Part shown: piece after piece, positions 1-9,028 of the stretch
Layout: the number at the start of each line of letters is the position of its first letter
Numbering within the stretch: the stretch's first letter is position 1
DNA from: Christensenellales bacterium
Lineage (GTDB): Bacteria > Bacillota > Clostridia > Christensenellales > Aristaeellaceae
Assembly: GCA_040768845.1 (NCBI GenBank)
Contig: JAXGME010000004.1
Location: 106,771 to 170,770, forward strand
Direction of reading: 5' to 3'
DNA length: 64,000 nucleotides
Program-made: the position numbers and the translations under genes
Notes under the pieces: generated by a model
What the model was told of the DNA's origin: nothing
Seen by the model: the letters and a program-made list of their open reading frames with translations, nothing else
Database searches by the model: none

Positions 1-513
1 GCCACCTGCATCGCCACCATGCAGGACGACCAGTGGATGGTCATGCCCATGCCCAAGAGCGACGTGGACGGCAAGATCTACAACACCGTCAACTCGCCTT
101 ATGCCTACTCCATTTCCGCCAATTCCAAGAACCCCGACGCGGCCTGGAAGCTGATCGAGTTCCTCACCCGTCCGGACAACAATATTGAGTACTGCAAGCT
201 CACCGGCCTGATCCCGGTCAAGAAGGCCGTTGGCGACGACCCCTTCTACGGCCCGGAGGGCTACTACGCCGCCTTCGTGCAGCAGCTCAACGACCCCGCC
301 ATGGTGGTGCCCTGCGCCTTCGGCCCCTTCAGCTACACCGACATGCACCAGGGCATGATGCATGAGGAAATGCAGAAGTACCTCCTGGGCCAGCAGGACG
401 CGGAGACCTCGCTGGGCAACGTGGCCAAGGAGCTGGAAGCACGCATGAAGCAGTATCTGACGGACAACCCGGGCTCCGCCGTGGAGCAGCCCAAGGCGCT
501 CAGCGAAGGCTGA
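1..513 (+). CDS. ABC transporter extracellular solute-binding protein (CUT1-type), C-terminal fragment; the 5' end lies upstream of the window
   Basis: Frame 1 is open from base 1 to the TGA at 511-513. The tail (WKLIEFLTRPDNNIEYCKLTGLIPVKK...) resembles family-1 sugar-binding proteins. Two MalF/MalG-type permease genes follow directly. Confidence 0.75.
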   Translation, partial: ATCIATMQDDQWMVMPMPKSDVDGKIYNTVNSPYAYSISANSKNPDAAWKLIEFLTRPDNNIEYCKLTGLIPVKKAVGDDPFYGPEGYYAAFVQQLNDPAMVVPCAFGPFSYTDMHQGMMHEEMQKYLLGQQDAETSLGNVAKELEARMKQYLTDNPGSAVEQPKALSEG

Positions 514-571
514 CCGGCCGACAACGCGCGGGGGGAGCATGCCTTCTCCCGCGCGCTTCAAGGAGGCAACC

Positions 572-1555
572 ATGATCCATCTGGCGCTGTATCTTCTGCT
601 GGTCGCGGCGCTCTGCGCAGGGGGGTTCGTGCTCCTTCGCAGGTTTGAACGGAAGAATCCCTTCGCCTACCGGCGCGCCCGCAGCGCGGCCGAGCCGTAT
701 CTGTTCATCCTGCCTGTGCTGCTGCCGCTCCTTCTTCTGTTCGGATACCCATTGATCAACAGCTTTGTCATGGCTTTCCAGAATTACAAGTTGACCGCGC
801 CCAACGCCATCCACTTTAGCGGCCTTGAGAATTTCAGAAAGCTCTTTGCCGATTCCGACATGGGCCTGATCATGAAAAACTCGCTGATCTACGTGGTGGC
901 CAGCGTCGCCGGGCAGTTTCTTCTGGGTATGACGCTGGCGCTGGCGCTCCGGAAGAAATTCCGCGGCCGGGGCCTTTACCAGGCCGCCGTCTTCCTGCCG
1001 TGGGCATTTTCGGCGTTTGTCATCGGCCTCATCTACCGCTGGTCCTTCAACGGCGAGTACGGCGTGGTGAACGATCTCATGCAAAAATTGGGCTGGATGG
1101 GCGAGAAGATCGCGTGGCTTGGCACGCCGGGACTTTCGCTGCTGGTGGTGATCCTGGCGATGATCTGGATGGGCGTGCCGTTTTTTGCGATCATGAACCT
1201 GGCGGCGCTGCAGTCCATCCCGGCGGACGTGTACGAGGCCGCCGACATGGACGGCTGCGGCGCAATCCGGCGCTTTTTTTCGATCACGCTGCCCTACATC
1301 AAGCCCACCGTCATCGTGACGATCCTTTTGCGGACCATCTGGATATTCAACTCCTTCGACCTGATTGTGGTCATCACCGGCGGAGGCCCGGCCAACTACT
1401 CCCAGACGCTGCCCTCGTACATGTACACGCGCGCGTTTTCGGGGTATGACTTCGGGCTTGCCTCCGCGCTGGGGGTGCTGTTGATGGTCATACTGGCGGT
1501 GTACGCAGTCTTGTTCCTCCGGGTGACCAAGTATAACAGGGCGGGTGATTTCTAA
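572..1555 (+). CDS. sugar ABC transporter permease (MalF/UgpA-like, CUT1)
   Basis: The ORF is 539-1555. The preferred start is ATG 572, preceded by AAGGAGG. It is multi-pass hydrophobic and carries the binding-protein-dependent transport signature region (AADMDGCGAIRRFFSITLPYIKP). Confidence 0.9.
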   Translation: MIHLALYLLLVAALCAGGFVLLRRFERKNPFAYRRARSAAEPYLFILPVLLPLLLLFGYPLINSFVMAFQNYKLTAPNAIHFSGLENFRKLFADSDMGLIMKNSLIYVVASVAGQFLLGMTLALALRKKFRGRGLYQAAVFLPWAFSAFVIGLIYRWSFNGEYGVVNDLMQKLGWMGEKIAWLGTPGLSLLVVILAMIWMGVPFFAIMNLAALQSIPADVYEAADMDGCGAIRRFFSITLPYIKPTVIVTILLRTIWIFNSFDLIVVITGGGPANYSQTLPSYMYTRAFSGYDFGLASALGVLLMVILAVYAVLFLRVTKYNRAGDF

Positions 1556-2397
1556 TGCACAGACGGCTGAAAAGGGCGGCGCTGACCTCGGGGCGCGTAA
1601 TCCTGCTGGCGCTTTTCCTGCTGGCGGTGGTGCTGCCCATCTACTGGATGGCGGTCACATCCTTCAAGCCCCATGCGGAGATCATCAACGCGCAGCACCT
1701 GACCTACTTTCCGCAGACATTCACGGCCGAGAACTACAACCAGCTGTTCTCGATGTACGATTATGCGCAGATGCTGAAAAATTCGATGATCGTGTCGCTG
1801 TCCACCGCGGTGTGCATCACGCTTTTGTCCATTCTGGGCGGCTACGCGATGGCGCGTTATTCGTTCAGGGGCAAGAGCGCGATGCTGCTGTTCTTCCTGA
1901 TCACGCAGATGATCCCGGGCATTCTGGTCATCATCCCGCTGTACCTGATCTACGCGAGGCTTCAGCTGGTCAACACCCGGTTCAGCCTCTTTCTCTACTA
2001 CCTGATCGTCAACCTGCCCTTCTGCGCGATCACCATGCGCAGCTTCTTTGAGCGCATTCCCTACACGCTGGAGGAGGCCGCCTATGTGGACGGCTGCACC
2101 CGGGGACAGGGCCTCCGGCGCATTGTGCTGCCGGTGATGTTTCCGGGCATCGTGGCGGTGTTTGTGTTTGCCTTCATCGGCGCGTGGAACGAGCTGATCG
2201 CCGGCACGATCTTTATCAGCACCTCCGACATGTGGACCATTCCGGTGGGCCTGAAGTCGCTGATCGGGAAGTACGACGTCAAGTGGGGCGTTCTGATGGC
2301 GGGCGGCGTACTGGCGCTTCTGCCCACGGCGGTGATGTTTGCGGTCATGCAGCGCTTCGTGGTCGAGGGGCTGACGGCGGGCGCGGTGAAGGAGTGA
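1555..2397 (+). CDS. sugar ABC transporter permease (MalG/UgpE-like, CUT1)
   Basis: ATG 1555 overlaps the upstream TAA by 1 nt (TAATG). The EAA-loop-like segment EEAAYVDGCTRGQGLRRIVLPVM is present, along with six predicted hydrophobic segments. Confidence 0.9.
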   Translation: MHRRLKRAALTSGRVILLALFLLAVVLPIYWMAVTSFKPHAEIINAQHLTYFPQTFTAENYNQLFSMYDYAQMLKNSMIVSLSTAVCITLLSILGGYAMARYSFRGKSAMLLFFLITQMIPGILVIIPLYLIYARLQLVNTRFSLFLYYLIVNLPFCAITMRSFFERIPYTLEEAAYVDGCTRGQGLRRIVLPVMFPGIVAVFVFAFIGAWNELIAGTIFISTSDMWTIPVGLKSLIGKYDVKWGVLMAGGVLALLPTAVMFAVMQRFVVEGLTAGAVKE

Positions 2398-2402
2398 GGC
2401 CT

Positions 2403-3104
2403 GTGAGACGATCCGCGCAGCGCATGGGGCCCGTGTCCCGGGATCTTCTGCACGTCCGCGTGGCGGGGGCGATCTGCCAGTACATCTACGCGGAGAATCT
2501 GCGCATCGGCGACAGGCTGCCCTCCGAGCGCACGCTGGCCGAGCGGCTCAACGCGGGGCGCAACACCGTGCGCGAGGCGCTGGGCGTGCTGCGCGCGGAA
2601 GGCGTGATCGAGGTTGAACCCGGAAAGGGCGCCTTTGTCAGAAAGGCGCTTGCTGAGCCGTCGCTGCAGATGGAGCTGCTCCGGGTGGACTACCGGGATC
2701 TGCTCGAGATCAAGATGTGGCTGGAGTCTTTGGCGATCCGGCGCGCGGCCGAGTGCGCCACCGGCGAGCAGCTGGACAGGCTGATCCATCTGGGCGAGCG
2801 CCTGTGCCGTTTGGCGGAGGCGGGCGAGTTTTCCGTGGCGCTGGACCGCGAGTTCCACACCCAGCTTCTGGACTGTGGCGGCAGCAGCACCCTTTCCCAG
2901 CTGGTGCTGTCGCTGGTGGACGCGCTGAACGACTATTCCGGCGTCTTTGACGGGGCGGTGCCCCTGTGGATCAAGACCGTGCCCTACCACCTGGAACTGG
3001 CCCGGGCGCTCCGGGAAAAGAAGCTGAGCTTTGCGCTGGCCGCCCACGAGTACATCCGCATGTACGATCTCAGCGTGCTGGACGCACCGGCGGAAAAGCC
3101 GTAG
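2403..3104 (+). CDS. GntR-family transcriptional regulator with a FadR-type C-terminal domain
   Basis: GTG 2403 lies 8 nt after AAGGAG; ATG 2424 is the alternative start. The N-terminal winged helix (GDRLPSERTLAERLNAGRNTVREALGVLRAEGVIEVEPGKGAFV) is a classic GntR HTH, and the helical C-terminal half is FCD-like. Confidence 0.85.
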   Translation: MRRSAQRMGPVSRDLLHVRVAGAICQYIYAENLRIGDRLPSERTLAERLNAGRNTVREALGVLRAEGVIEVEPGKGAFVRKALAEPSLQMELLRVDYRDLLEIKMWLESLAIRRAAECATGEQLDRLIHLGERLCRLAEAGEFSVALDREFHTQLLDCGGSSTLSQLVLSLVDALNDYSGVFDGAVPLWIKTVPYHLELARALREKKLSFALAAHEYIRMYDLSVLDAPAEKP

Positions 3105-3115
3105 GAGGAAGACAG

Positions 3116-4357
3116 ATGGACGATTGCAAGCGCTGGTGGCGGGATGCGAAGTTTGGCCTCTTCATCCATTGGGGGCTGTACGCCCTTTTGGCGGGGGCGT
3201 ATGACGGCGTCCGGACGGACAACATCGCCGAGTGGATCATGCACGATCTGAAGATTCCGGTTTCCGAATACGAGAAGCTGGCCGCGCGCTTTGATCCCGC
3301 CGAATTTGACGCCGACGCCATCGCGCGCCTGGCGAGGGACGCGGGCATGAAGTACGTGGTGCTCACCGCGAAGCACCATGACGGCTTTGCGATGTTCCGT
3401 TCCGCCGCCGACCGCTTTAATGCGGCGGACGCAACCCCCTGGGGCCGCGACCCGGCGCGGGCGCTGCGCGAAGCCTGCGACCGCTACGGTCTGACGCTTT
3501 GCTTTTACTATTCCCAGGCGCAGGACTGGCACCACCCCGACGGCATCGAGGAGAACGTGCCGGATGACGGCAAGCATTTCCGCAGGTACCTGGACGAGAA
3601 GTGCATTCCGCAGATTCGCGAGCTGCTGACAAACTATGGCGATATCGGCCTCATCTGGTTTGACACGCCCATGAGCATGACGCCGGACGAGTCCCGCGAG
3701 CTGCGCGATCTGGTGAAGTCGCTTCAGCCGGGGTGCCTCATCTCGGGGCGCATCGGCAACGGCCTGGGCGACTACATGACCACCGGCGACAACTTCATCC
3801 CGCTGCTGCCCTATCCGGGGGATTTTGAGGTGCCCGCCACCATCAACGACACCTGGGGCTTCAACCGCTTTGACCGGCGCTGGAAGCGCCCGGAAAAGCT
3901 GATCCGCAACCTCGTCAAGGTGGTCAGCCGCGGCGGCAACTTTCTTCTGAACATCGGCCCGGACGATATGGGGCGCGTGCCGGAGGAGAGCGTCAAGGTG
4001 CTGCGTACCGTCGGCGGCTTCCTGCAAAAGTGCGGAGAGAGCATCTACGGCACCCGGCCGGTGCCGGTCTACCCCTACGACATCGATTGGGGCTATTTCA
4101 CCGCCCGCCCCGGCAAGCTTTACATCCACGTGTTCGAGGACATGCCGGACGTGTACCTCATCAACATGGGCAACAAGCCCCGGCGCGCCTACCTCCTGGC
4201 GGACGGGCGGCCGCTTATGCTGCGCGAGCGCGTCACCTGCGAGGGCGACCACTCCTGGCGCATCCTCTGGCCCGGCGAAAAACCCCGGGACATTGATACC
4301 GTCATCTGCGTGGAAATCGAGGAGGACGAGGTCTTCTTCGAGCCCATCAAGGGGTGA
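3116..4357 (+). CDS. alpha-L-fucosidase (GH29)
   Basis: ATG 3116 follows AGGAGG (3103-3108). The N-terminus WWRDAKFGLFIHWGLYALLAG ... KYVVLTAKHHDGFAMF matches the GH29 fucosidase hallmark. Confidence 0.9.
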   Translation: MDDCKRWWRDAKFGLFIHWGLYALLAGAYDGVRTDNIAEWIMHDLKIPVSEYEKLAARFDPAEFDADAIARLARDAGMKYVVLTAKHHDGFAMFRSAADRFNAADATPWGRDPARALREACDRYGLTLCFYYSQAQDWHHPDGIEENVPDDGKHFRRYLDEKCIPQIRELLTNYGDIGLIWFDTPMSMTPDESRELRDLVKSLQPGCLISGRIGNGLGDYMTTGDNFIPLLPYPGDFEVPATINDTWGFNRFDRRWKRPEKLIRNLVKVVSRGGNFLLNIGPDDMGRVPEESVKVLRTVGGFLQKCGESIYGTRPVPVYPYDIDWGYFTARPGKLYIHVFEDMPDVYLINMGNKPRRAYLLADGRPLMLRERVTCEGDHSWRILWPGEKPRDIDTVICVEIEEDEVFFEPIKG

Positions 4358-4362
4358 GGGAG

Positions 4363-7095
4363 ATGGACGAGCGGGCGCGCGGCGCGATCGGCCGCCTGAG
4401 GCATCCGGCGCGGGAAGCGCGGGTCAACACCCGCTGGTGGTGGTACGGCGGCGCGGTGGAAAAGCGCGAGGTCCGGCGGCAGCTTGAGGCCATGCGGGAT
4501 GCGGGCATCGGCGGCGTCGAGATTCAGTTTCTCTACCCGCTGGACTTTGACGATCCCGCCGCCGGGCAGGTCCACGCGGACTTCTTCTCGCCGGCGTTTT
4601 TTGACGTCCTCGATTTCACGCTGTCCTGTGCGAAGGAAATGGACATCGACGTAGACCTGACACTGGGCTCCGGCTGGCCCTTTGGCGGCTCCTTCGTGGA
4701 GGACACCATGGCGCCGGATATCCTGGTGCCGCTGAGCCACGATGCAACCGGCCCCTGCGATTTTTCCTTTGACTACACGGGCGTGCTGCCGGGGGAGATC
4801 GAACGGGTTGTGCTCTGTCGCGCGGAGGGCGGCGTGATGGACGCCGAAAGCGCCCGGGACATCACCGACCGGGTGACGTCCACCTACATCGAAACCTGGC
4901 GCTGGGGCAGCAGGCTGGACGTGGCCGTGCCCGAAGGGCCCCACCGCATCTTCGTATTCGTGGTGCAAAAATACAAGCAGAACGTGGGCAAGCCCGCGCC
5001 CAACATGCAGGGACTGGCCATCGACCACTGCCGGAGGGACGTGGCGGACTTCTACTTCCACACCCTGGGCGACACGCTGATTGAACGCCTGGGGCGGGGG
5101 CGGGTCCGATCGTTCTTCTGCGATTCCATTGAACTGGGCGGCTGCAACTGGACAAAGCCCATGCTGGAGGAATTTCAGCGTCGCCGCGGCTACGATCTCT
5201 CGCCCTACCTGCCCGCGCTGTGGGGAGAAATGGGGCCGGTCACGAAACCCGTGCGCTACGATTATTTCCGGACATTCTCCGAGCTGACGCTGGAGGGTTT
5301 TTTTGAGAACTTTGCCGCCTGGTGCGCGAAGTGGGGCGTCACCGCGCGCACCCAGGCCCACGGCACCTGGGCCGACATCCTCCGGGCCTATGCCAGCGCG
5401 GACATCCCGGAGGGGGAAACCTTCGGCCTCCACGACCGGTACCGGGTCAACACCGTGCACCGGCGCCTGGCGGTGTCGGCCGGGCTCTGCTACGGAAAGC
5501 CCGTGGTTTCCAACGAGAGCTTTACGTGGCTCAGGACGCCCCGCTTTCTGGTGACTCCGGAGATGGTAAAGCGCGCCTTTGACGCCATTGTGACGGACGG
5601 CATCCAGATGATCGTCGGCCACGGCTTTTCCTATTCGCCGGAGCGCGCGGGGCGGCCGGGGTGGAATTTTTACGCCTCGTCGATGCTCAGCCCCAACAAC
5701 ACCTGGTGGCGTTTTTTTCCGGAACTGTCCGCCTACATGCGCCGCGTCACGTCGCTGATGCGGGGCGGCACGGCGGTCAGCAGCGCGATGGTGTACATCC
5801 CCGCGGCGGACATCTGGTCGGACTCGCCGCTGGCGGAGCTGCACATGGCGCTGCGGGTGGAGGACTACGTGGGTAAAGAGACCGCCGACCGCCTCCAGCG
5901 CGCGGGATATTGGTTTACCTACGTCAACGATGAGGCGCTGACGCGGCTGGGCACGGTGGAGGAGGGCGCGTTCCGGATTGGCGAGAACCGCTACGGGGCG
6001 CTGATCCTCATCCGCTGCACCCGCCTTCCGGTTGAAACGGCCCGGGCAATCCGGCGGATGAGCGAGGCGGGCGTTCGTGTCGTTTCCTGCGGACCGCTGC
6101 CCGGCGAGGGCTGTGGGCTTAGGGACATGGAGGAAAAGCGGCGCGCCGTCCGGGAGGCGATGGCGGGGGTTTCCGCGACGGTCGCGCCCGATCGGGGCGA
6201 AGGACTGATTGCGGCAATGCGGCGCGCGCTGCCGCCCGATCTGGTGGTCGAGGGCGAAGACGCGGAGGACGTGGGCTTTATCCACCGCCGCGTGGACGGT
6301 CAGGCGGTCTATTTCGTCGCCAACATGGGTGCGAAGGCCCGGCGCGCATGGCTGAATCTGCCCCGTTGCGACGGCGTCCGGCTCTACGATCCGATGGAAA
6401 TGCAAGACGCCGCGCCCCTTTCCCTGGCGCATTGCGACGGGCGGACGCGCCTTGAGGTGGCGCTGGCGCCCAATCAGTCGCTGGTGCTGGTTGCGGGGGA
6501 GGCGGGGCTGCCGCCCCGTCCCGCCGAGGGCTTTCGCGCCGTGCTGCGGGTGACGGGATGGACGGTATCCGTCGAGGGCGAGCCCGTTGCGAAGGGGCTG
6601 ACCGACCCGGTTTCCTGGGAGCGGTTTGAAAAGACGCGTTATTTCAGCGGCGAAGGGCGCTATGAGGCGGCTTTTACGCTGCGCGAGGGCGGCGAATACT
6701 GGGTGGAACTGGAGCGCCTTGACTGCTGCTGCGACGTGCTGCTGGACGGCCGGCGCGTCTTTTCGCTTTGGAAGGCGCCGCATCGCGCGCCGCTGGGGCA
6801 TGTAAGCGCCGGCGCGCACAGATTGACCCTCGTCGCCGTCAACACCTGGATCAACCATGCCATTGATCCCGGCCGGCGGGAGGCCGAATACCCGGACCCG
6901 GTGGATGCGCGCTGGCCGTATTTCACGAACATCATCGGCGATATCCGCAGGCGCAGGCTGTATTTTTCCCGCGAGCGCGAGGCCGTCGGCCGACCTCAGC
7001 CTGCCGGGGTGTCGGGCAGGGTGACGCTCGTCATCCGCGAGGGCGTGCAGCGGGACGGAACCGGGCGCCGAAGAATGGCCGTACAGGGCACTTGA
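4363..7095 (+). CDS. large glycoside hydrolase, GH106-like / jelly-roll glycosyl hydrolase (family assignment tentative)
   Basis: ATG 4363 follows GGGAG, 6 nt after the fucosidase stop. The balanced, aromatic-rich composition (TRWWWYGGAV...GIGGVEIQFLYPL) resembles the N-termini of GH106-type enzymes as I remember them. The 995-aa ORF on the opposite strand is Arg/Ala/Gly/Pro-rich shadow. Confidence 0.7.
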   Translation: MDERARGAIGRLRHPAREARVNTRWWWYGGAVEKREVRRQLEAMRDAGIGGVEIQFLYPLDFDDPAAGQVHADFFSPAFFDVLDFTLSCAKEMDIDVDLTLGSGWPFGGSFVEDTMAPDILVPLSHDATGPCDFSFDYTGVLPGEIERVVLCRAEGGVMDAESARDITDRVTSTYIETWRWGSRLDVAVPEGPHRIFVFVVQKYKQNVGKPAPNMQGLAIDHCRRDVADFYFHTLGDTLIERLGRGRVRSFFCDSIELGGCNWTKPMLEEFQRRRGYDLSPYLPALWGEMGPVTKPVRYDYFRTFSELTLEGFFENFAAWCAKWGVTARTQAHGTWADILRAYASADIPEGETFGLHDRYRVNTVHRRLAVSAGLCYGKPVVSNESFTWLRTPRFLVTPEMVKRAFDAIVTDGIQMIVGHGFSYSPERAGRPGWNFYASSMLSPNNTWWRFFPELSAYMRRVTSLMRGGTAVSSAMVYIPAADIWSDSPLAELHMALRVEDYVGKETADRLQRAGYWFTYVNDEALTRLGTVEEGAFRIGENRYGALILIRCTRLPVETARAIRRMSEAGVRVVSCGPLPGEGCGLRDMEEKRRAVREAMAGVSATVAPDRGEGLIAAMRRALPPDLVVEGEDAEDVGFIHRRVDGQAVYFVANMGAKARRAWLNLPRCDGVRLYDPMEMQDAAPLSLAHCDGRTRLEVALAPNQSLVLVAGEAGLPPRPAEGFRAVLRVTGWTVSVEGEPVAKGLTDPVSWERFEKTRYFSGEGRYEAAFTLREGGEYWVELERLDCCCDVLLDGRRVFSLWKAPHRAPLGHVSAGAHRLTLVAVNTWINHAIDPGRREAEYPDPVDARWPYFTNIIGDIRRRRLYFSREREAVGRPQPAGVSGRVTLVIREGVQRDGTGRRRMAVQGT

Positions 7096-7196
7096 GATTA
7101 CAAATGCAAGGGTTGACTGGCAGGAATTCCCATTAAACGCATCAATTTCAACCCCAAAAAACGTCAACATGCCCATGTACGAAACCAGATTTTCCT

Positions 7197-7205
7197 TGCT
7201 ATAAT
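7197..7205 (+). promoter_or_regulatory. extended -10 promoter element TGcTATAAT upstream of the TPR and giant genes
   Basis: There is an exact TGnTATAAT match at 7197-7205, inside the only AT-rich gap (7096-7226) before the TPR gene. The -35 is weak. The leader to the RBS would be very short. Confidence 0.45.
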
Positions 7206-7226
7206 CGCATTTAGGAGGGCATGATT

Positions 7227-8819
7227 ATGTCCCGACTTAGCGTATGGTTTCGTAAACAGATGGAGGATATCCGTTCCAGCGGCCCCCCCGGAGGGAGGCC
7301 CGCGGCGGAGTTGACCCCTGAGGCAAGCTTTCGGAAAAGAGGCTTGCCAAAGCGGTTTTTGGCGTTGGTGCTGGCGGCGGGGCTGCTGACCACCGTGCTG
7401 CTGTCGGATCTGCCCCGGGTGCTTTGGCGGACGGACGGCTATGCTGAGAGCCCGGAGGAGGCCGGCCGGAACCTGGATAGAATCTATTCGATTCTCGAAG
7501 GCTCGCTGGACAACCCGGTCACCTACGACGATTACGCGCAGCTGGCCTCCATCAGCATTGGCAAGGGCGAATATGAAAAGGCCATGGAAGCGCTGGACAA
7601 GTGTCTGGAGCTTGCGGAGGAAGGGGACACCGTTTCCCTCGCCGATGTGTGGACCAAAAAGGGTTCGCTCTATGCCCTGGAGGACAAGTATGCCCAGGCG
7701 CTGGAAAGCCTGGACAGGGCGCTGGATTTGAACCCCGACGCGCGGCAGGCGCTTCTGCTCCGCGCGCAGATCTACATTGAACAGGAAAAGTACGCGCCGG
7801 CCATTGCCGATCTCGAAGCCTACACGCAGCTGATGCCCGACGATATCTCGCCGATTTCCACGCTGGCGCAACTCTATGAGGCCACCGGAAAGTACGAAAA
7901 GGCCCGGGAGCGCTATGAGCGGCTCCATGCGCTGGACCCGTCTGACGCCGCGCAGGTGCTGAACGGCCTGCGGTGCGCGTTTCTGCTCAAGGATTATCAG
8001 GGCGCGCTGGCAGGCCTTGACGAGTACCTGGGCAGTGCGGCCCGCGCGGAGGCGGCGGAACAGACTGCGGACGGAATTTCCGCCGCGCCTTACGCCGAAG
8101 AAGAACCGACCGAAGTCGGCGATTCAACGCCCGCACCCAAAGCGGCGGTTCCCCCGCAGGCATCCTACGCCCACTACCTTCGGGCGCTGTGCCACATGCA
8201 ACTGGGCGGCTTTGACCTGGCGGAAGCGGACCTGACGGACGCGCTCTCGCAGGGCTATGATGAGGCGATGTGCTACGAGCAGTTGACGGCCTGCGATTAC
8301 GCGCTGGAGAAGCACGAGCTGGTGCTGGAATACGGCGAAAAGCTGATCGCTCTGGACAGGGGCGCGGCGGCTCCCGACGTTTTGTACCAGCGAATGGGTG
8401 CCTCCGCGATGACGCTGGGGCAGACGGAAAAGGCGTTGGAATACCTGACGCAGTCCATCTCCCTGAACGGCGAGCTGGCCGGTTCCCATTACTATCGGGG
8501 CCTTTGCAATCTGACGCTTGAAAAACACCAGGATGCGATTGACGACTTTACCGCATCCATTGAACAGAACTTCCTGGCGCAGTTCTGCTACTATAACCGC
8601 GGCGTGTGCTATGTGCGGCTTCTGGATTACGACAGCGCGCTGTCCGACATGGAAAAGACCCTTACGTCCGGGGACGACGAGGACCTCAAGGAAGCCGCAA
8701 AGAAGATCCTGTGGCAGCTTGCCCAGTATTACGAAAGCGCCAGGCAGCAGGCGTCGGGCGCCGTTGTCAATCCGGCCCCCCAAACCACCCTTCTGCCCGA
8801 CGCCGGAGTATCCGGCTGA
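7227..8819 (+). CDS. membrane-anchored tetratricopeptide-repeat (TPR) protein
   Basis: The ORF is 7221-8819. ATG 7227 lies 8 nt after AGGAGG (7213-7218). One N-terminal hydrophobic helix (FLALVLAAGLLTTVLLSDL) is followed by about 10 TPR-like 34-aa helical repeats (e.g. YEKAMEALDKCLEL, YAQALESLDRALDLNPD, YEKARERYERLHALDPSD). Confidence 0.85.
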   Translation: MSRLSVWFRKQMEDIRSSGPPGGRPAAELTPEASFRKRGLPKRFLALVLAAGLLTTVLLSDLPRVLWRTDGYAESPEEAGRNLDRIYSILEGSLDNPVTYDDYAQLASISIGKGEYEKAMEALDKCLELAEEGDTVSLADVWTKKGSLYALEDKYAQALESLDRALDLNPDARQALLLRAQIYIEQEKYAPAIADLEAYTQLMPDDISPISTLAQLYEATGKYEKARERYERLHALDPSDAAQVLNGLRCAFLLKDYQGALAGLDEYLGSAARAEAAEQTADGISAAPYAEEEPTEVGDSTPAPKAAVPPQASYAHYLRALCHMQLGGFDLAEADLTDALSQGYDEAMCYEQLTACDYALEKHELVLEYGEKLIALDRGAAAPDVLYQRMGASAMTLGQTEKALEYLTQSISLNGELAGSHYYRGLCNLTLEKHQDAIDDFTASIEQNFLAQFCYYNRGVCYVRLLDYDSALSDMEKTLTSGDDEDLKEAAKKILWQLAQYYESARQQASGAVVNPAPQTTLLPDAGVSG

Positions 8820-8887
8820 AACAACGCATTTTTTGATAAAAGACCGCCTTCCGCTGGCGGAACCGGCTTGATTTGGAGGAGAGTATT

Positions 8888-9028
8888 ATGCGTCTTCACG
8901 GCTTATCCGGACGCAGGGCAAGGAGAAAGCGCCTGTGGAAGAAGAACCTTGTTCTGATTTCCTTGGTGTTTGCGCTGATCCTCAGCACGATGGCGGTCAT
9001 CGCGGAGACGAGCGCCGTGGCATCTGCA
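8888..9028 (+). other. Sec signal peptide or signal-anchor of the giant protein
   Basis: MRLHGLSGRRARRKRLWKK (basic n-region), NLVLISLVFALILSTMAVIA (h-region), ETSAVASA|SS (AxA-type cleavage candidate after residue 45 or 47). Confidence 0.7.

Noticed and set aside
526-554. The stem-loop GCGCGGG-N15-CCCGCGC after the first binding-protein gene.
   Set aside because: The stem is imperfect, the loop is large and there is no U-tract. It may modulate binding-protein to permease stoichiometry, but it is too weak to annotate.
4189-7176. A 995-aa minus-strand ORF opposite the 4363-7095 hydrolase gene.
   Set aside because: It has shadow composition (Arg/Ala/Pro/Gly-rich). The plus-strand product has balanced, aromatic-rich, enzyme-like sequence and a coupled start next to the fucosidase stop.
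8844-8860. The hairpin CCGCC-N7-GGCGG between the TPR gene and the giant gene, considered as a terminator.
   Set aside because: It is only a 5-bp stem with no U-tract. It is too weak to call, so I treat the two genes as probably co-transcribed.
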